From the NCBI GenBank assembly GCA_963733295.1, contig CAVTCS010000003.1, positions 352,001-416,000 on the forward strand: a DNA stretch of 64,000 nt. The letters are read 5' to 3'. This stretch comes from Vulcanimicrobiota bacterium (GTDB lineage Bacteria > Vulcanimicrobiota > Vulcanimicrobiia > Vulcanimicrobiales > Vulcanimicrobiaceae). The translations under genes and the position numbers were made by a program. The notes beneath the pieces were generated by a model. That model saw nothing but the letters and a program-made list of their open reading frames with translations. It was not told where the DNA came from and did not search any database. Positions 10,752 to 20,251 of this stretch are shown one piece after another (the stretch's first letter is position 1; every line of letters starts with the position of its first letter).

Positions 10752-11771
10752 TCATTTCTCCGCCGGGCGTTCGAGGTGTCCGCCGAATTCATAACGCATC
10801 GCCGAGAGCAGCTTGTTCTGGAATTCGGCTTCGCCGCGTGAGCTGAAACGCTCGAAGAGCGCGGCGCTCAGAACGGGCACCGGCTCGGCTTCGTCGATCG
10901 CCGCTTTGATCGTCCAACGTCCCTCGCCCGAGTCGGAGACGCGGCCGCCGAACTTCGAGAGCTGCGGATCTTCGATTAGGGCCGCGGCGGTCAAGTCGAG
11001 CAACCAGGACGCGATGACGCTGCCGCGCCGCCATACTTCGGTGATGTCCGGGAGATCGAGGTCGTACTGGTAGAGCTCGGGATCGCGCAGCGGCGTCGTT
11101 TCTGCGTCGGCGACCTGCGTCCGCTTACCAATGTTCGCGCTCTTGAGGACGCCGAGACCCTCGGCGTACGCGGCCATCAGCCCGTACTCGATCCCGTTAT
11201 GGACCATCTTCACGAAGTGTCCCGCACCGTTCGGTCCGCAGTGAAGGTAGCCGTCTTCGGCCGTACCGCGGCCCACTGGCCGCCCGGGAGTACGCTCGAT
11301 GTTTCCCGGTCCCGGCGCGAGCGTTTTGAAGATCGGATCCAGGCGCTCGACGCAGGCGTCCGGGCCACCGATCATCATGCAATACCCGCGCTCGAGTCCC
11401 CACACGCCGCCGCTCGTCCCGACGTCGACGTACTCGATGTTCTTCGCTTTGAGTTCCCGTGCGCGCCGGATGTCGTCGATGTAGTACGAGTTCCCGCCGT
11501 CGATCAAGGTATCGCCCCCCTCGAGCAGCGGGACGAGCTTGGCGATCGTCGAGTCGACGGCCGCGGCCGGAATCATCAGCCAGATCGCGCGCGGGCGCTC
11601 GAGCTTGCTCACGAAATCGGCCAGCGAGGTCGAACCGGTCGCGCCTTCGCCGGTCAAATCTTTGACCGCATCCGGACTATGATCGGACACGATGCAATGG
11701 TGGCCGGCGCGCACCAAACGGCGCACCATGTTGGCGCCCATGCGCCCGAGTCCGATCATCCCGAGTTGCAT
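10752..11771 (-). CDS. gnd: 6-phosphogluconate dehydrogenase, decarboxylating (short form)
   Basis: [52 protein letters not shown] overlap with pgi. Confidence 0.95.
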   Translation of the reverse strand: MQLGMIGLGRMGANMVRRLVRAGHHCIVSDHSPDAVKDLTGEGATGSTSLADFVSKLERPRAIWLMIPAAAVDSTIAKLVPLLEGGDTLIDGGNSYYIDDIRRARELKAKNIEYVDVGTSGGVWGLERGYCMMIGGPDACVERLDPIFKTLAPGPGNIERTPGRPVGRGTAEDGYLHCGPNGAGHFVKMVHNGIEYGLMAAYAEGLGVLKSANIGKRTQVADAETTPLRDPELYQYDLDLPDITEVWRRGSVIASWLLDLTAAALIEDPQLSKFGGRVSDSGEGRWTIKAAIDEAEPVPVLSAALFERFSSRGEAEFQNKLLSAMRYEFGGHLERPAEK

Positions 11772-13414
11772 TAGATCAGTCCCTTTAGCTTGCGATAGCG
11801 GCGAATCAGCGCGTTCGTCGAGCTGTCGTGATGGAGTTGCGGTGCCGCAGAACTCTCGAGCTCGGGAATGATGCGCTTCGCCAGCACTTTGCCGAGTTCG
11901 ACGCCCCATTGATCGAAGGAATCGATGTCCCACAGCGTGCCTTGCGTGAACACGTTGTGCTCGTAGAGTGCGACGAGCTTGCCGAGCGCCGCGGGCGTGA
12001 GCTTTTGAAGCAGCAGCGTGTTCGAGGGCCGGTTCCCTTCGAACGTCCGATGCGGCACGAGCCAATCGGGCGAACCCTCGGCTTTGACTTCGGCCGGCGT
12101 CTTGCCGAACGCGAGGGCCTCGCCCTGCGCGAAGACGTTGGCGATCAGGATGTCGTGATGCTCGCCTAGCGGGTTCAACGCCTCGACGAAGGCGATGAAG
12201 TCGAGCGGTATCAGCCGCGTTCCTTGATGGATCAGCTGGTAGAAGGAGTGCTGACCGTTCGTCCCAGGTTCGCCCCAATAGACGGGGCCGGTCTTATGCG
12301 TGACGGGCTTCCCCTCGAGCGTCACGTGCTTCCCGTTGCTTTCCATCGTGAGCTGCTGCAGATAGGCCGGAAAGCGTTTAAGGTACTGCTCGTAGGGCAT
12401 CACCCCGACGGTCTCGGCGCCGAAGAAGTCGTTGTACCAGACCGAAAGCAGGCCCATGAGTACCGGCAGGTTTCGTTCGAACGGCGTCGTGCGGAAGTGT
12501 TCGTCGATCTCGTGAAAGCCGGCCAGCATCTGGCGGAAATTCTCCGGTCCGATCGCGATCATCGTGGACAAGCCGATCGCGGAATCCATCGAGTAGCGGC
12601 CGCCGACCCAATCCCAGAACTCGAACATGTTGGCGGTGTCGATTCCGAATTTGGCGACCCCTTCGGCGTTCGTAGAAACGGCGACGAAGTGTTTGGCGAC
12701 GGCCGACTCGTCGCCGCCGAGTCCGGCGAGCGTCCAGGCGCGTGCCGAGGCGGCATTGGTCATCGTCTCGAGCGTCGTGAACGTTTTCGACGAGATGATG
12801 AAAAGCGTCTCGTCCGCATTGAGGTCGCGCACCGCCTCGGCGAAGTCGGTTCCGTCGACGTTCGAAACAAAACGAAAGGTTAGATCGCGTTGCGAGTAGG
12901 CCCGCAGCGCCTCGTACGCCATGACGGGGCCGAGGTCCGAACCGCCTATCCCGATGTTGATCACGTTCCTGATGCGCTTTCCGGTGTGGCCCTTCCACTC
13001 ACCGCTCCGGACGCGATCGCTGAAAGCCGCCATCTTGTCGAGAACGGCGTGGACCTCGGGGACGACGTTGCTCCCGTCGAGCATGATCGTCGCACCCCTC
13101 GGCGCGCGCAGTGCGACGTGGAGTACCGCCCGCCTTTCGGACACGTTGATCTTTTCGCCGGCGAACATCGCGTCGATGTGCGCGCGAAGACCCGACGCTT
13201 CGGCCAGCTTCAGCAGCAAGCTCATCGTCTCGGCGGTGATGCGGTTTTTCGAGTAGTCGAGGTAGAGCCCGGCCGCTTCGGCCGTGAAGCGCGTGCCGCG
13301 CTCGGGATCCTCGGCGAAGAGCTCGCGCAAGTGCTTGTCGCGGATTTGCTCGTAGTGCGTTTCGAGTGCGTTCCAGGCCGAAGTTACCGCCGGAGTGCCG
13401 GTTGCCGTCGTCAC
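11771..13414 (-). CDS. pgi: Glucose-6-phosphate isomerase
   Basis: [34 protein letters not shown]. Confidence 0.97.
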   Translation of the reverse strand: MTTATGTPAVTSAWNALETHYEQIRDKHLRELFAEDPERGTRFTAEAAGLYLDYSKNRITAETMSLLLKLAEASGLRAHIDAMFAGEKINVSERRAVLHVALRAPRGATIMLDGSNVVPEVHAVLDKMAAFSDRVRSGEWKGHTGKRIRNVINIGIGGSDLGPVMAYEALRAYSQRDLTFRFVSNVDGTDFAEAVRDLNADETLFIISSKTFTTLETMTNAASARAWTLAGLGGDESAVAKHFVAVSTNAEGVAKFGIDTANMFEFWDWVGGRYSMDSAIGLSTMIAIGPENFRQMLAGFHEIDEHFRTTPFERNLPVLMGLLSVWYNDFFGAETVGVMPYEQYLKRFPAYLQQLTMESNGKHVTLEGKPVTHKTGPVYWGEPGTNGQHSFYQLIHQGTRLIPLDFIAFVEALNPLGEHHDILIANVFAQGEALAFGKTPAEVKAEGSPDWLVPHRTFEGNRPSNTLLLQKLTPAALGKLVALYEHNVFTQGTLWDIDSFDQWGVELGKVLAKRIIPELESSAAPQLHHDSSTNALIRRYRKLKGLI

Positions 13415-13438
13415 GTGGGTCCTCCCTCTCTTGCCGGT

Positions 13439-14521
13439 CTAAGCTTTCTGAAGAGCGTCGCTCTTGGTCGCGATGACCTTGAGCAGGGCGTTCCAAGACT
13501 TTACGAACGCATCGGCGCCGTCGCTTTGGAGCTTTGCCGCAAGAGCTACGACGTCGATGCCGGCGTGCGCGAACTCGTTGATCATGAGCTCCGCGTCGCC
13601 GCCGTCCGAGGGTAAGATCCCGCCGATCTCGCCATGGTCGCTGAGTGCCTTGAGCGTTGCGTCCGGCATCGTGTCGATCGTGAACGGCGCGGCCAGCGCC
13701 TTGGGGTAGAGCACGTCCGAGGCCTGAGGATCCTTCGTTCCGGTGCTCGCCCAGAGCAGGCGCTGCGCGCGAGCTCCGGCGTTGGCCGCGCGCAACCAGC
13801 GCGGAGAGTCGAGCAATTCGCGGTAGGCTTTGTACGCGCGCTTCGCGATCGCGATGCCGAGGTGCGCGCGCAAACCTTCAGGGACCTTGTCCTGCACCGC
13901 AACATCCCACCGGCTCACGAAGATCGACGCGACCGAATCGACCGCGGGGTTAAGACCGGCCGCGATGCGGCGTTCGACGCCGCGCAGGTAAGCTTCCGCC
14001 GCAGCGACGTACTGTTCGCGCGAAAACAGCAAGGTGACGTTGATCGGAACGCCGGCAAAGATCGCCTCTTCGATCGCCGTGAGACCTTCCTTCGTTCCGG
14101 GAATCTTGATGAACAGGTTCGGCCGCCCGGCGCGCTTGTGCAGAGCCTGCGCCTCTTTCAGCGTGCTCTGAGCGTCGTAAGCCAACACCGGCGAAACCTC
14201 GAGCGAGACCCAACCATCCACGCCGTCGGTGCGATCGTGAATCGGACGGAAAAGGTCGGCCGCCTTGCTGAGATCCTCCAGCGCGAGTTCGAAGAACAGC
14301 TGCTCGCCTTCGATCCCTCGGTCGAGCATGCGGTTCGCGGACTCGTCGTACGCGGTGCTGTTGCTCAGCGCGTGTTCGAAAATCGTCGGATTCGAGGTCA
14401 AGCCCGTCACCGAGAGTTCGTCGATATAGCTCTGCAAGGTGCCGTTCGACAGGATGTCGCGCGTAATGTTGTCGAGCCAGATGCTCTGTCCGAGATCGTG
14501 AAGGGCTTGGGTTGCTTTCAT
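13439..14521 (-). CDS. tal: Transaldolase (type 2)
   Basis: GQSIWLD, TSNPTIF, VSLEVSP, FIKIPGT, RLLWASTGTKDP. Confidence 0.95.
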   Translation of the reverse strand: MKATQALHDLGQSIWLDNITRDILSNGTLQSYIDELSVTGLTSNPTIFEHALSNSTAYDESANRMLDRGIEGEQLFFELALEDLSKAADLFRPIHDRTDGVDGWVSLEVSPVLAYDAQSTLKEAQALHKRAGRPNLFIKIPGTKEGLTAIEEAIFAGVPINVTLLFSREQYVAAAEAYLRGVERRIAAGLNPAVDSVASIFVSRWDVAVQDKVPEGLRAHLGIAIAKRAYKAYRELLDSPRWLRAANAGARAQRLLWASTGTKDPQASDVLYPKALAAPFTIDTMPDATLKALSDHGEIGGILPSDGGDAELMINEFAHAGIDVVALAAKLQSDGADAFVKSWNALLKVIATKSDALQKA

Positions 14522-14765
14522 TGCGATACTTTCATTGAAGCTCTGCAAGGACGTGGGTCCTGCAAGTGGATCGTTACCCCCTATCGAGCCGATCCACTGC
14601 CGCCCGGCGCCTCAGCAGTATAGGGATCCTAGCATTAAGCTGGGCTAATCCCTCCGGCGCACGTCGCCGCAGGGGTGGCCCGGACGCGCTTGACGGCGAG
14701 CCCCAGCTCCGGATCGGGCCGGCCGAGGTGCGGGGCGCCCCGAATCGCGCAAGGAAGGACGCGGG

Positions 14766-15743
14766 GTGCGACGTTCGGAGTTTACTGCGCTCGCCGCTGC
14801 ATCGTTGGCGGCGGCTGCGCTAGGAGGGTGCGGCGTGCCGCCGGGTGTCGACAGCGCGGCGCTGCCGGTGCTCGGTCCGGCGCCGTCCTTCGACGCAGCG
14901 GTGCGCGGAATTCGTGCGGTCATCGCACGCGACGACGCCGACGAAACGCTCGAGAAGGCGGCGCTGCCGCGGCTCTACGAACACGGCGCGCCGGTCGAAA
15001 ACACGGTCGTTCTCTTCCACGGCTTCACGAACTGCCCGCAGCAGTTCGATGAACTCGCGCGCGACTTTTACGCGCGCGGTTGCAACGTTTACGTGCCGCT
15101 GATTCCACGCCACGGCAAGAAGGATCGTTTGACGCGCGATCTCGCCAACCTCACCGTCGGCGAGCTGCAGCAGAGCGCACAGGAGGCGTATCAGTTCGCG
15201 CGCGGCCTCGGCAGGCGCGTGACGGCTCTGGGCCTGTCGCTGGGCGGCACGATGGCGATGTGGCTCGCGCAGACTCAAGCGGTGGATCTCGCCGTTCCGG
15301 TCTCGCCCTTTCTGATGCCGATCGGGTTTCCGCGCGCGATCGGGATGCCCGCGATGGATTTCCTCGACGTCCTCCCGGACCAATATTGGTGGTGGGATCC
15401 GCGCCTGAAAGAGAACACTTTGCCGCTGTACGCCTACCCTGGTTTCCCGACGCACGCACTCGCCCAAATCGTGTTCCTCGGCGGCGTCGTTTTTCAAGAC
15501 GCCGCGAAGGCGAAGCCGCTCTTTCGCAACATGACGCTGGTCACCAACAAGCACGATCCCGCGGTCAACAACAACGTGGCGCGACGGTTGGTCGAGACTT
15601 GGGTTAGCGACGACGCGACGACGACCGAGGTGGTGCTGAGCGGGCTCGGTCCGCCGCGGCACGACATCATCGATCCGACCACGTTTCCCCAGGCTCGCAA
15701 ACTCGTCTATCCCCGGCTCGAAGCGATCGTTTTCGCGCGCTAA
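14766..15743 (+). CDS. Alpha/beta-hydrolase (esterase-like) lipoprotein
   Basis: RRSEF...LGGC signal; HGFTN and GLSLG motifs; RBS AAGGAAGG. Confidence 0.82.
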   Translation: MRRSEFTALAAASLAAAALGGCGVPPGVDSAALPVLGPAPSFDAAVRGIRAVIARDDADETLEKAALPRLYEHGAPVENTVVLFHGFTNCPQQFDELARDFYARGCNVYVPLIPRHGKKDRLTRDLANLTVGELQQSAQEAYQFARGLGRRVTALGLSLGGTMAMWLAQTQAVDLAVPVSPFLMPIGFPRAIGMPAMDFLDVLPDQYWWWDPRLKENTLPLYAYPGFPTHALAQIVFLGGVVFQDAAKAKPLFRNMTLVTNKHDPAVNNNVARRLVETWVSDDATTTEVVLSGLGPPRHDIIDPTTFPQARKLVYPRLEAIVFAR

Positions 15744-15770
15744 AATTCGCCCGATGCAGACGATCCGACA

Positions 15771-16637
15771 TTAGCCGGGATGCGAACTTCCGGGCCGTTC
15801 TCGTGCGAAGCGGCTGTGCGACGGGGGCCGGCCGAACATCAGGCGGTAGTCGGTCGAAAAGTGGCCCATGTGGCGGAATCCGTAGCGCGGCGCGAGCTCG
15901 GAAATCTTGAGCGCGCCGTCGCCCGCGCTGAGCAGGCGATGGATTGCGTTGAGACGCTGGAGTTTGAAGTACGCCATCGGTCCGATTCCAAAGACTTGAG
16001 TGAAGGCGTAGATCAAGGTGCGCGCGCTGCATCCGAGTTCCGCGCCGAGCGAATCCAAGTGCGGCACTTCGCCGAAGTGCTTCGCCATGAAGTCTTCGGC
16101 CTCGAGGACGAGCTGATAGCGTCGCACTACGGCGACGCGCTGCGCGAGACGCTCCGCGCCGGCGAGGACGCCGTCGAGCGCTCCGCGTAAATCCGCGCTC
16201 CCCTGACGGGCCGCGCGGCGCAAGCGGACCGTCGCAGCCTCATCGCTGACGAAGAACTCGCCGCGGTCGCTTGCGAGCGCCGCGCGCAAACCCTCCGCGA
16301 ATGACTGCCGATTTGCGGGGAACTCGATCCAGACGACGCAAGCAGGCGAGAGCGAGAACGCGTCGATTCCGCCCGTTCCGGCGAGCGCGAAGGCCGAAGC
16401 CGGCCAGGGCCGTCCGTGGGAGGTCAACGCGGCTTGGCCTTCGGTGAGGGCAAGGACGGCGCTGCCCGGCGCAACGTTCGCGCGAAACTGAAAGCCGGCG
16501 CTGAAGAGCGAGCGGTGAAGGCTCATTCCAGCGAAGTCGATGCACGTCGCCTCGACGCGCAGACGATCGCGCGTCGTTTGACTGACTTCGCTGAAATCGG
16601 GAAATGTCGTGGCAAAACGACGCGTTCGACGGTACAC
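15771..16637 (-). CDS. AraC-family regulator, EutR-like
   Basis: C-terminal SARTLIYAF...GPMAYFK...YGFRHMGHFSTDYRLMFG double HTH. Confidence 0.88.
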   Translation of the reverse strand: MYRRTRRFATTFPDFSEVSQTTRDRLRVEATCIDFAGMSLHRSLFSAGFQFRANVAPGSAVLALTEGQAALTSHGRPWPASAFALAGTGGIDAFSLSPACVVWIEFPANRQSFAEGLRAALASDRGEFFVSDEAATVRLRRAARQGSADLRGALDGVLAGAERLAQRVAVVRRYQLVLEAEDFMAKHFGEVPHLDSLGAELGCSARTLIYAFTQVFGIGPMAYFKLQRLNAIHRLLSAGDGALKISELAPRYGFRHMGHFSTDYRLMFGRPPSHSRFARERPGSSHPG

Positions 16638-16643
16638 GACTCC

Positions 16644-16748
16644 ACGGTAGCGCCGAACGGCGGCGCTCGCTATCCGGAAATCGAATGCCCTCCCCCGGCC
16701 CGTCTTGCCTTAACCGGATAGCCAAACGGTATCGTTCCGCGCTATGCT
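16644..16748. promoter_or_regulatory. Back-to-back promoters, each with a GGATAGC box
   Basis: Plus: TTGC-cttaacc-GGATAGCC 16705-16723, 19 nt, TATGCT 16743-16748. Minus: attc-gatttcc-GGATAGCG 16686-16668, 18 nt, TACCGT 16649-16644. Confidence 0.62.
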
Positions 16749-16918
16749 ATCCAAGGCAGCGGTCTCCGGGACGTAGTACTTTCCGGAGGGACGCGGGGCT
16801 TGGTTGAGCCGATCGAACGCCCGAGCTACACCTCAATATCCCCGCTGTCCGGACATCGAAGTTCCACTCATAATGGAGGCTTAGTAACATCGCAATCACT
16901 TCAGCTCGAAAGAAATCC

Positions 16919-17614
16919 GTGAGGACCCCGTACTGCGCGGCAGCCGTCGTTCTGGCTTTGCTGATAGCCGCGCCCGCCGTGGCCCAGAATCAGATGATCC
17001 AGCAAAAGGTCGAACAAGCAAAGCAGCTGATGGTCGTCAACCAGCAGCAACTCGCACGCTATACCTGGCAGATGCAAGAGACCGTTACGGTCAACGGCGA
17101 CGTCAAACAACAGAGCATTTATCAGGTTCAACTGGGGCCCGACGGTCAACAGGTGCGGACGCTCGTTTCGCAGCCGGTCGCTCCGCAAGGCGGGGGCCGC
17201 CCGCACGGCATCAAGCATCGGATGCAGGAAGATTTTCAGCAATACGCTCAAGACGTCGGGGCGCTCGCCAAGAGTTACTCGCATTTGAGCCCCACGCGAG
17301 TGCAGCAGCTCTACGCTCAAGGGGCGGTAGCCCTCAAGTCCGGAGGAGCGCCCGGCTATTCAGCGCTCGTCATTTCAAATTACTTCAAACAAGGCGATTC
17401 GATCGTTTTGACGTCGAGCAACAGCCCGCGAGCGCTTTTTTCGGTAAACGTCGCCTCGTATCTCAGCCAGCCGTCAGACGCAGTCACCATCCAGGTTCGT
17501 TACGCGAAACTTCCCGACGGCACGAGCTACGCCGAAACGACGACGGTAAATGGGCAAAGCAAGAAGCTCACGGTCGTCGATCAGAGTTCGAGCTTCGTGC
17601 TCCGGACGCAGTAG
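16919..17614 (+). CDS. Secreted hypothetical protein, first gene of a three-gene operon
   Basis: Signal peptide ending AVA-Q; Gln-rich N-terminus; 10 nt from the next gene. Confidence 0.8.
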   Translation: MRTPYCAAAVVLALLIAAPAVAQNQMIQQKVEQAKQLMVVNQQQLARYTWQMQETVTVNGDVKQQSIYQVQLGPDGQQVRTLVSQPVAPQGGGRPHGIKHRMQEDFQQYAQDVGALAKSYSHLSPTRVQQLYAQGAVALKSGGAPGYSALVISNYFKQGDSIVLTSSNSPRALFSVNVASYLSQPSDAVTIQVRYAKLPDGTSYAETTTVNGQSKKLTVVDQSSSFVLRTQ

Positions 17615-17624
17615 GAGGTCGAAT

Positions 17625-18098
17625 TTGAAACGTCATCGCGCGACCCACAGGCTCGGTCGGATCCTTCTCGTGATCCTTTTGGGTGCGGGATATTTAGCAG
17701 TCGCCGGGTCTCCGGCCGGCGCCACCGGAACGGCTCGCATCCAGCAGCGCGACGGTTCGGTGAAAACCTACACGAAAGTGCGGATCAGCATAGACGGGCA
17801 AAGCATGACCTTAACCTCGAGCGATGGGAAGGGGACCGTCTACATCGGTAAAGCCGCTTGCACGAAAGTCGGCGAGTTGGTCCGCTGTTTCCCGTACGAC
17901 GCAACGCTCGATCAGGGTGGGAAGACGACGCACATAGTGTTGCAAAGCGGCACCGTTTGGGTCAATCCTACTTCCACCAGACTTGCGCTTCCCAGTTCGT
18001 CGACGCAGCTTCCGCCTCGCGGCGTGATGCTGTCGATGCAAACAAAAGCAGGAACGTATGTGTCTCTTACCGGCACAGCGGACGAGGTAAAGAAATGA
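17625..18098 (+). CDS. Small secreted two-Cys beta-rich protein (module copy B, gene 1)
   Basis: TTG 17625 after AGGAGGT; signal peptide; KAACTKVGELVRC, GTVWVNPTS, SSTQLPPRG; paralogue of 1175-1657. Confidence 0.82.
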   Translation: MKRHRATHRLGRILLVILLGAGYLAVAGSPAGATGTARIQQRDGSVKTYTKVRISIDGQSMTLTSSDGKGTVYIGKAACTKVGELVRCFPYDATLDQGGKTTHIVLQSGTVWVNPTSTRLALPSSSTQLPPRGVMLSMQTKAGTYVSLTGTADEVKK

Positions 18099-19171
18099 AC
18101 GCAAAACATGTAGCATCCGCAGCGTTGACCGTCTTGCTTGCGCTGCCCGCGGTTAGCGCGCTCGGCGCCGGGCGCGGCGGGGGCGGCGGCTTCGACTTTC
18201 ACAACGAAGGCAGCTACAGTCATTCGAGCACCGGGCCGGCCGGCACGAGCCGGACGACGACCGCGACGAATACCGGGAGCGGCTACAACCGTACGACCAC
18301 GGCGACCAACGGAGACGCCTCTCGAACGAGCACGGGCTCCGCGAACAGCAACGGAAACTACAGCCACAGTAGCAGCGGCTCGGATGCCTACGGAAGCCAC
18401 AACAGCAGCACGAGCGGAAACGTCAATTCCGGCAATTACAGCCACAACGGCAGCGGCAGTAATCCGTACGGCTCGTATAACGATTCGGGAAGCGGTAACA
18501 CCCACAACGGTACGTACAGCGGTTCGGGGACGGCTACGAATTCGTACGGTCAAACTTACCACACGAGCACCTACGCGAATAACGGCTACGTCTATCACGG
18601 CGCGACGGTGAGCAATCCGGTTTATGGCGGATACCCGGCCTGGGGGTGGAACGCCGGCGTCGCGTGGTACCCCGCGCCGATCTACTATGGCGGCGCATTT
18701 TGGGGAGCATACGCGGTAGGCGCCGCCACGGCGTCGTTGGTCTATGGGTCGGTGCTCGCAGCGAACAACGTAACGATCGCCTCGTACCAAGTCGAGCCGC
18801 AAAGTCCGGGCGCGAAGCTTCTCGCGAGCTACCAGCTGACTCAGACACCCTGCGGGCCGCCGAATCTCGTCGTCATCTACGGCCCGAACACGAGCGTGAT
18901 CTGCGCGCAGCCGAACAACCTCGTTTCTGCCGGCAACTATAGCGTCGATACCACGACCTTGACGATCGTTTCCGAGAACGGCGCAAGCGCGAGTGGATCG
19001 AGTGCTGCCGGCGGATCGAATTATCCGGTCGGTACGACCTTGAAGGCCTTACCGGCGGGCTGTGCGTCTTCAACCGTGCAGGGAACGGCCTACTACGTCT
19101 GCGGCAATACGTGGTTCAAGCCGCAAAATGATTCGGGTGGGGTCTCTTACAAAGCGGTTCCCGCTCCGTAG
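18095..19171 (+). CDS. Secreted Ser/Gly/Asn/Thr/Tyr repeat protein with CGPP...VIC domain and DUF6515-like tail (module copy B, gene 2)
   Basis: ATGA overlap; signal peptide; 26-aa repeats; WGWNAGVAWYPA and CGPPNLVVIYGP..SVIC shared with 177-1178; tail LPAGC...YYVCGNTWFKP. Confidence 0.85.
   Translation: MNAKHVASAALTVLLALPAVSALGAGRGGGGGFDFHNEGSYSHSSTGPAGTSRTTTATNTGSGYNRTTTATNGDASRTSTGSANSNGNYSHSSSGSDAYGSHNSSTSGNVNSGNYSHNGSGSNPYGSYNDSGSGNTHNGTYSGSGTATNSYGQTYHTSTYANNGYVYHGATVSNPVYGGYPAWGWNAGVAWYPAPIYYGGAFWGAYAVGAATASLVYGSVLAANNVTIASYQVEPQSPGAKLLASYQLTQTPCGPPNLVVIYGPNTSVICAQPNNLVSAGNYSVDTTTLTIVSENGASASGSSAAGGSNYPVGTTLKALPAGCASSTVQGTAYYVCGNTWFKPQNDSGGVSYKAVPAP
18340..18575 (+). repeat. Three imperfect 78-bp (26-aa) coding repeats
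   Basis: GNYSH/GNYSH/GTYSG anchors at 18356, 18434, 18512, each followed by a YG turn. Confidence 0.75.
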
Positions 19172-19177
19172 AGCGCC

Positions 19178-20197
19178 CTAGGCCGACCATTCGACGAGGG
19201 GACGCTCGCGCGCGCCGAGCAGCGTTTCGCGCGGCGTCTCGCCGAACGTCGTGCGATACTTCTCCGAAAATCGGCCGAAGTGGAGAAAGCCCCAGTTGCT
19301 GGCAACTTTGGTGACGGTCATGCCGCGGCCGCCGCGGCGCAGTTCCCGCATGGCGCGACCGAGTCTAACACCGCGCAGGTATGCCATCGGCGCGGTGCCG
19401 TAGGTCTCGGCGAAACCTAGAAGCAGCGTGCGTTGGTTGGCGCGCAGGGCTTCGCAGAGCTCGAGCAGCGAAACGTTCTCGCGCACGCGCTCGAGCAGGT
19501 AGCGGTGCGCGAGACGCGCCAAACGATGTCTTTCCGCGCTCCGCGCGATGCGCGGATCGGGCCGCATCGCATGCAGCAAGCGCTGGACCAAACGCCGCTC
19601 GAAGAGTTCCGCGCGGTCGGGCCGAGTCAAGAGCTCGGGATATTCCTGAGCCATCGCCAGCGAGCGCTGCGCGTCGCGCAAAAATGCGGCGCGTCGCTCG
19701 GCGCCGGCGAACTGAAAGATGCGTCCGTCCGGCTCGTTCTCGTCGGGGCGCAGCGTGTCGAGGCGTTCCTCGAGAAGCGTCTCCGATATGGAGATCACGA
19801 GGTGCCGAGTCGGTCCGGTCGTGTGATAGGCCGCGTCTTCGCCGAACCTCACGACCGCAATGTCGAGTTCCGACATCTCGGTGCTGCGAAAGACGCCGCC
19901 TCGTTCGCCGGCCAGCGGCATCAGGAAAGTGTATGCGTGCTTCGGCACGTTGCCGAGAAAGCTGAAGCCTCCCGAGTAGTCGATGCGCGCCAGCTGAACG
20001 TTCCCGGAGTGGGCGACCGCCATTCTTCCCGAGAACGCCCCCGCGCCGAGCGGCACGAACTCGCCGCGCCAATTCGGCGAGAGTTCGGCGAGGTGCGCGA
20101 AGTCCGAAACGCCCGCCGAGAAGGTCAATCCCGCGGGGAAGAGCGGAGTGTCTTGCGGGACGCGCCGGAAATTGCGATCGAGAGTCTGAACGGGCAC
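19178..20197 (-). CDS. AraC-family regulator, EutR-like
   Basis: NQRTLLLGF...APMAYLRGVRL...WGFLHFGRFSEKYRTTFGETP. Confidence 0.9.
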   Translation of the reverse strand: MPVQTLDRNFRRVPQDTPLFPAGLTFSAGVSDFAHLAELSPNWRGEFVPLGAGAFSGRMAVAHSGNVQLARIDYSGGFSFLGNVPKHAYTFLMPLAGERGGVFRSTEMSELDIAVVRFGEDAAYHTTGPTRHLVISISETLLEERLDTLRPDENEPDGRIFQFAGAERRAAFLRDAQRSLAMAQEYPELLTRPDRAELFERRLVQRLLHAMRPDPRIARSAERHRLARLAHRYLLERVRENVSLLELCEALRANQRTLLLGFAETYGTAPMAYLRGVRLGRAMRELRRGGRGMTVTKVASNWGFLHFGRFSEKYRTTFGETPRETLLGARERPLVEWSA

Positions 20198-20251
20198 CTG
20201 GCCCGCATTTCGCGATTGGGATAATCTTCAGCCTCTCAGGTCAAAGGGACG

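Noticed and set aside
14574..14596. GGGTAA upstream of tal (and at 33410 before crp) as stress-sigma promoters
   Set aside because: No -35 match at 16-17 nt spacing
20208..20226. TTTC-N7-GGATAATC near the second AraC (and GCGC-N7-GGATGAAC at 9947)
   Set aside because: Degenerate, with no correctly spaced -10; the first points away from any plus-strand gene
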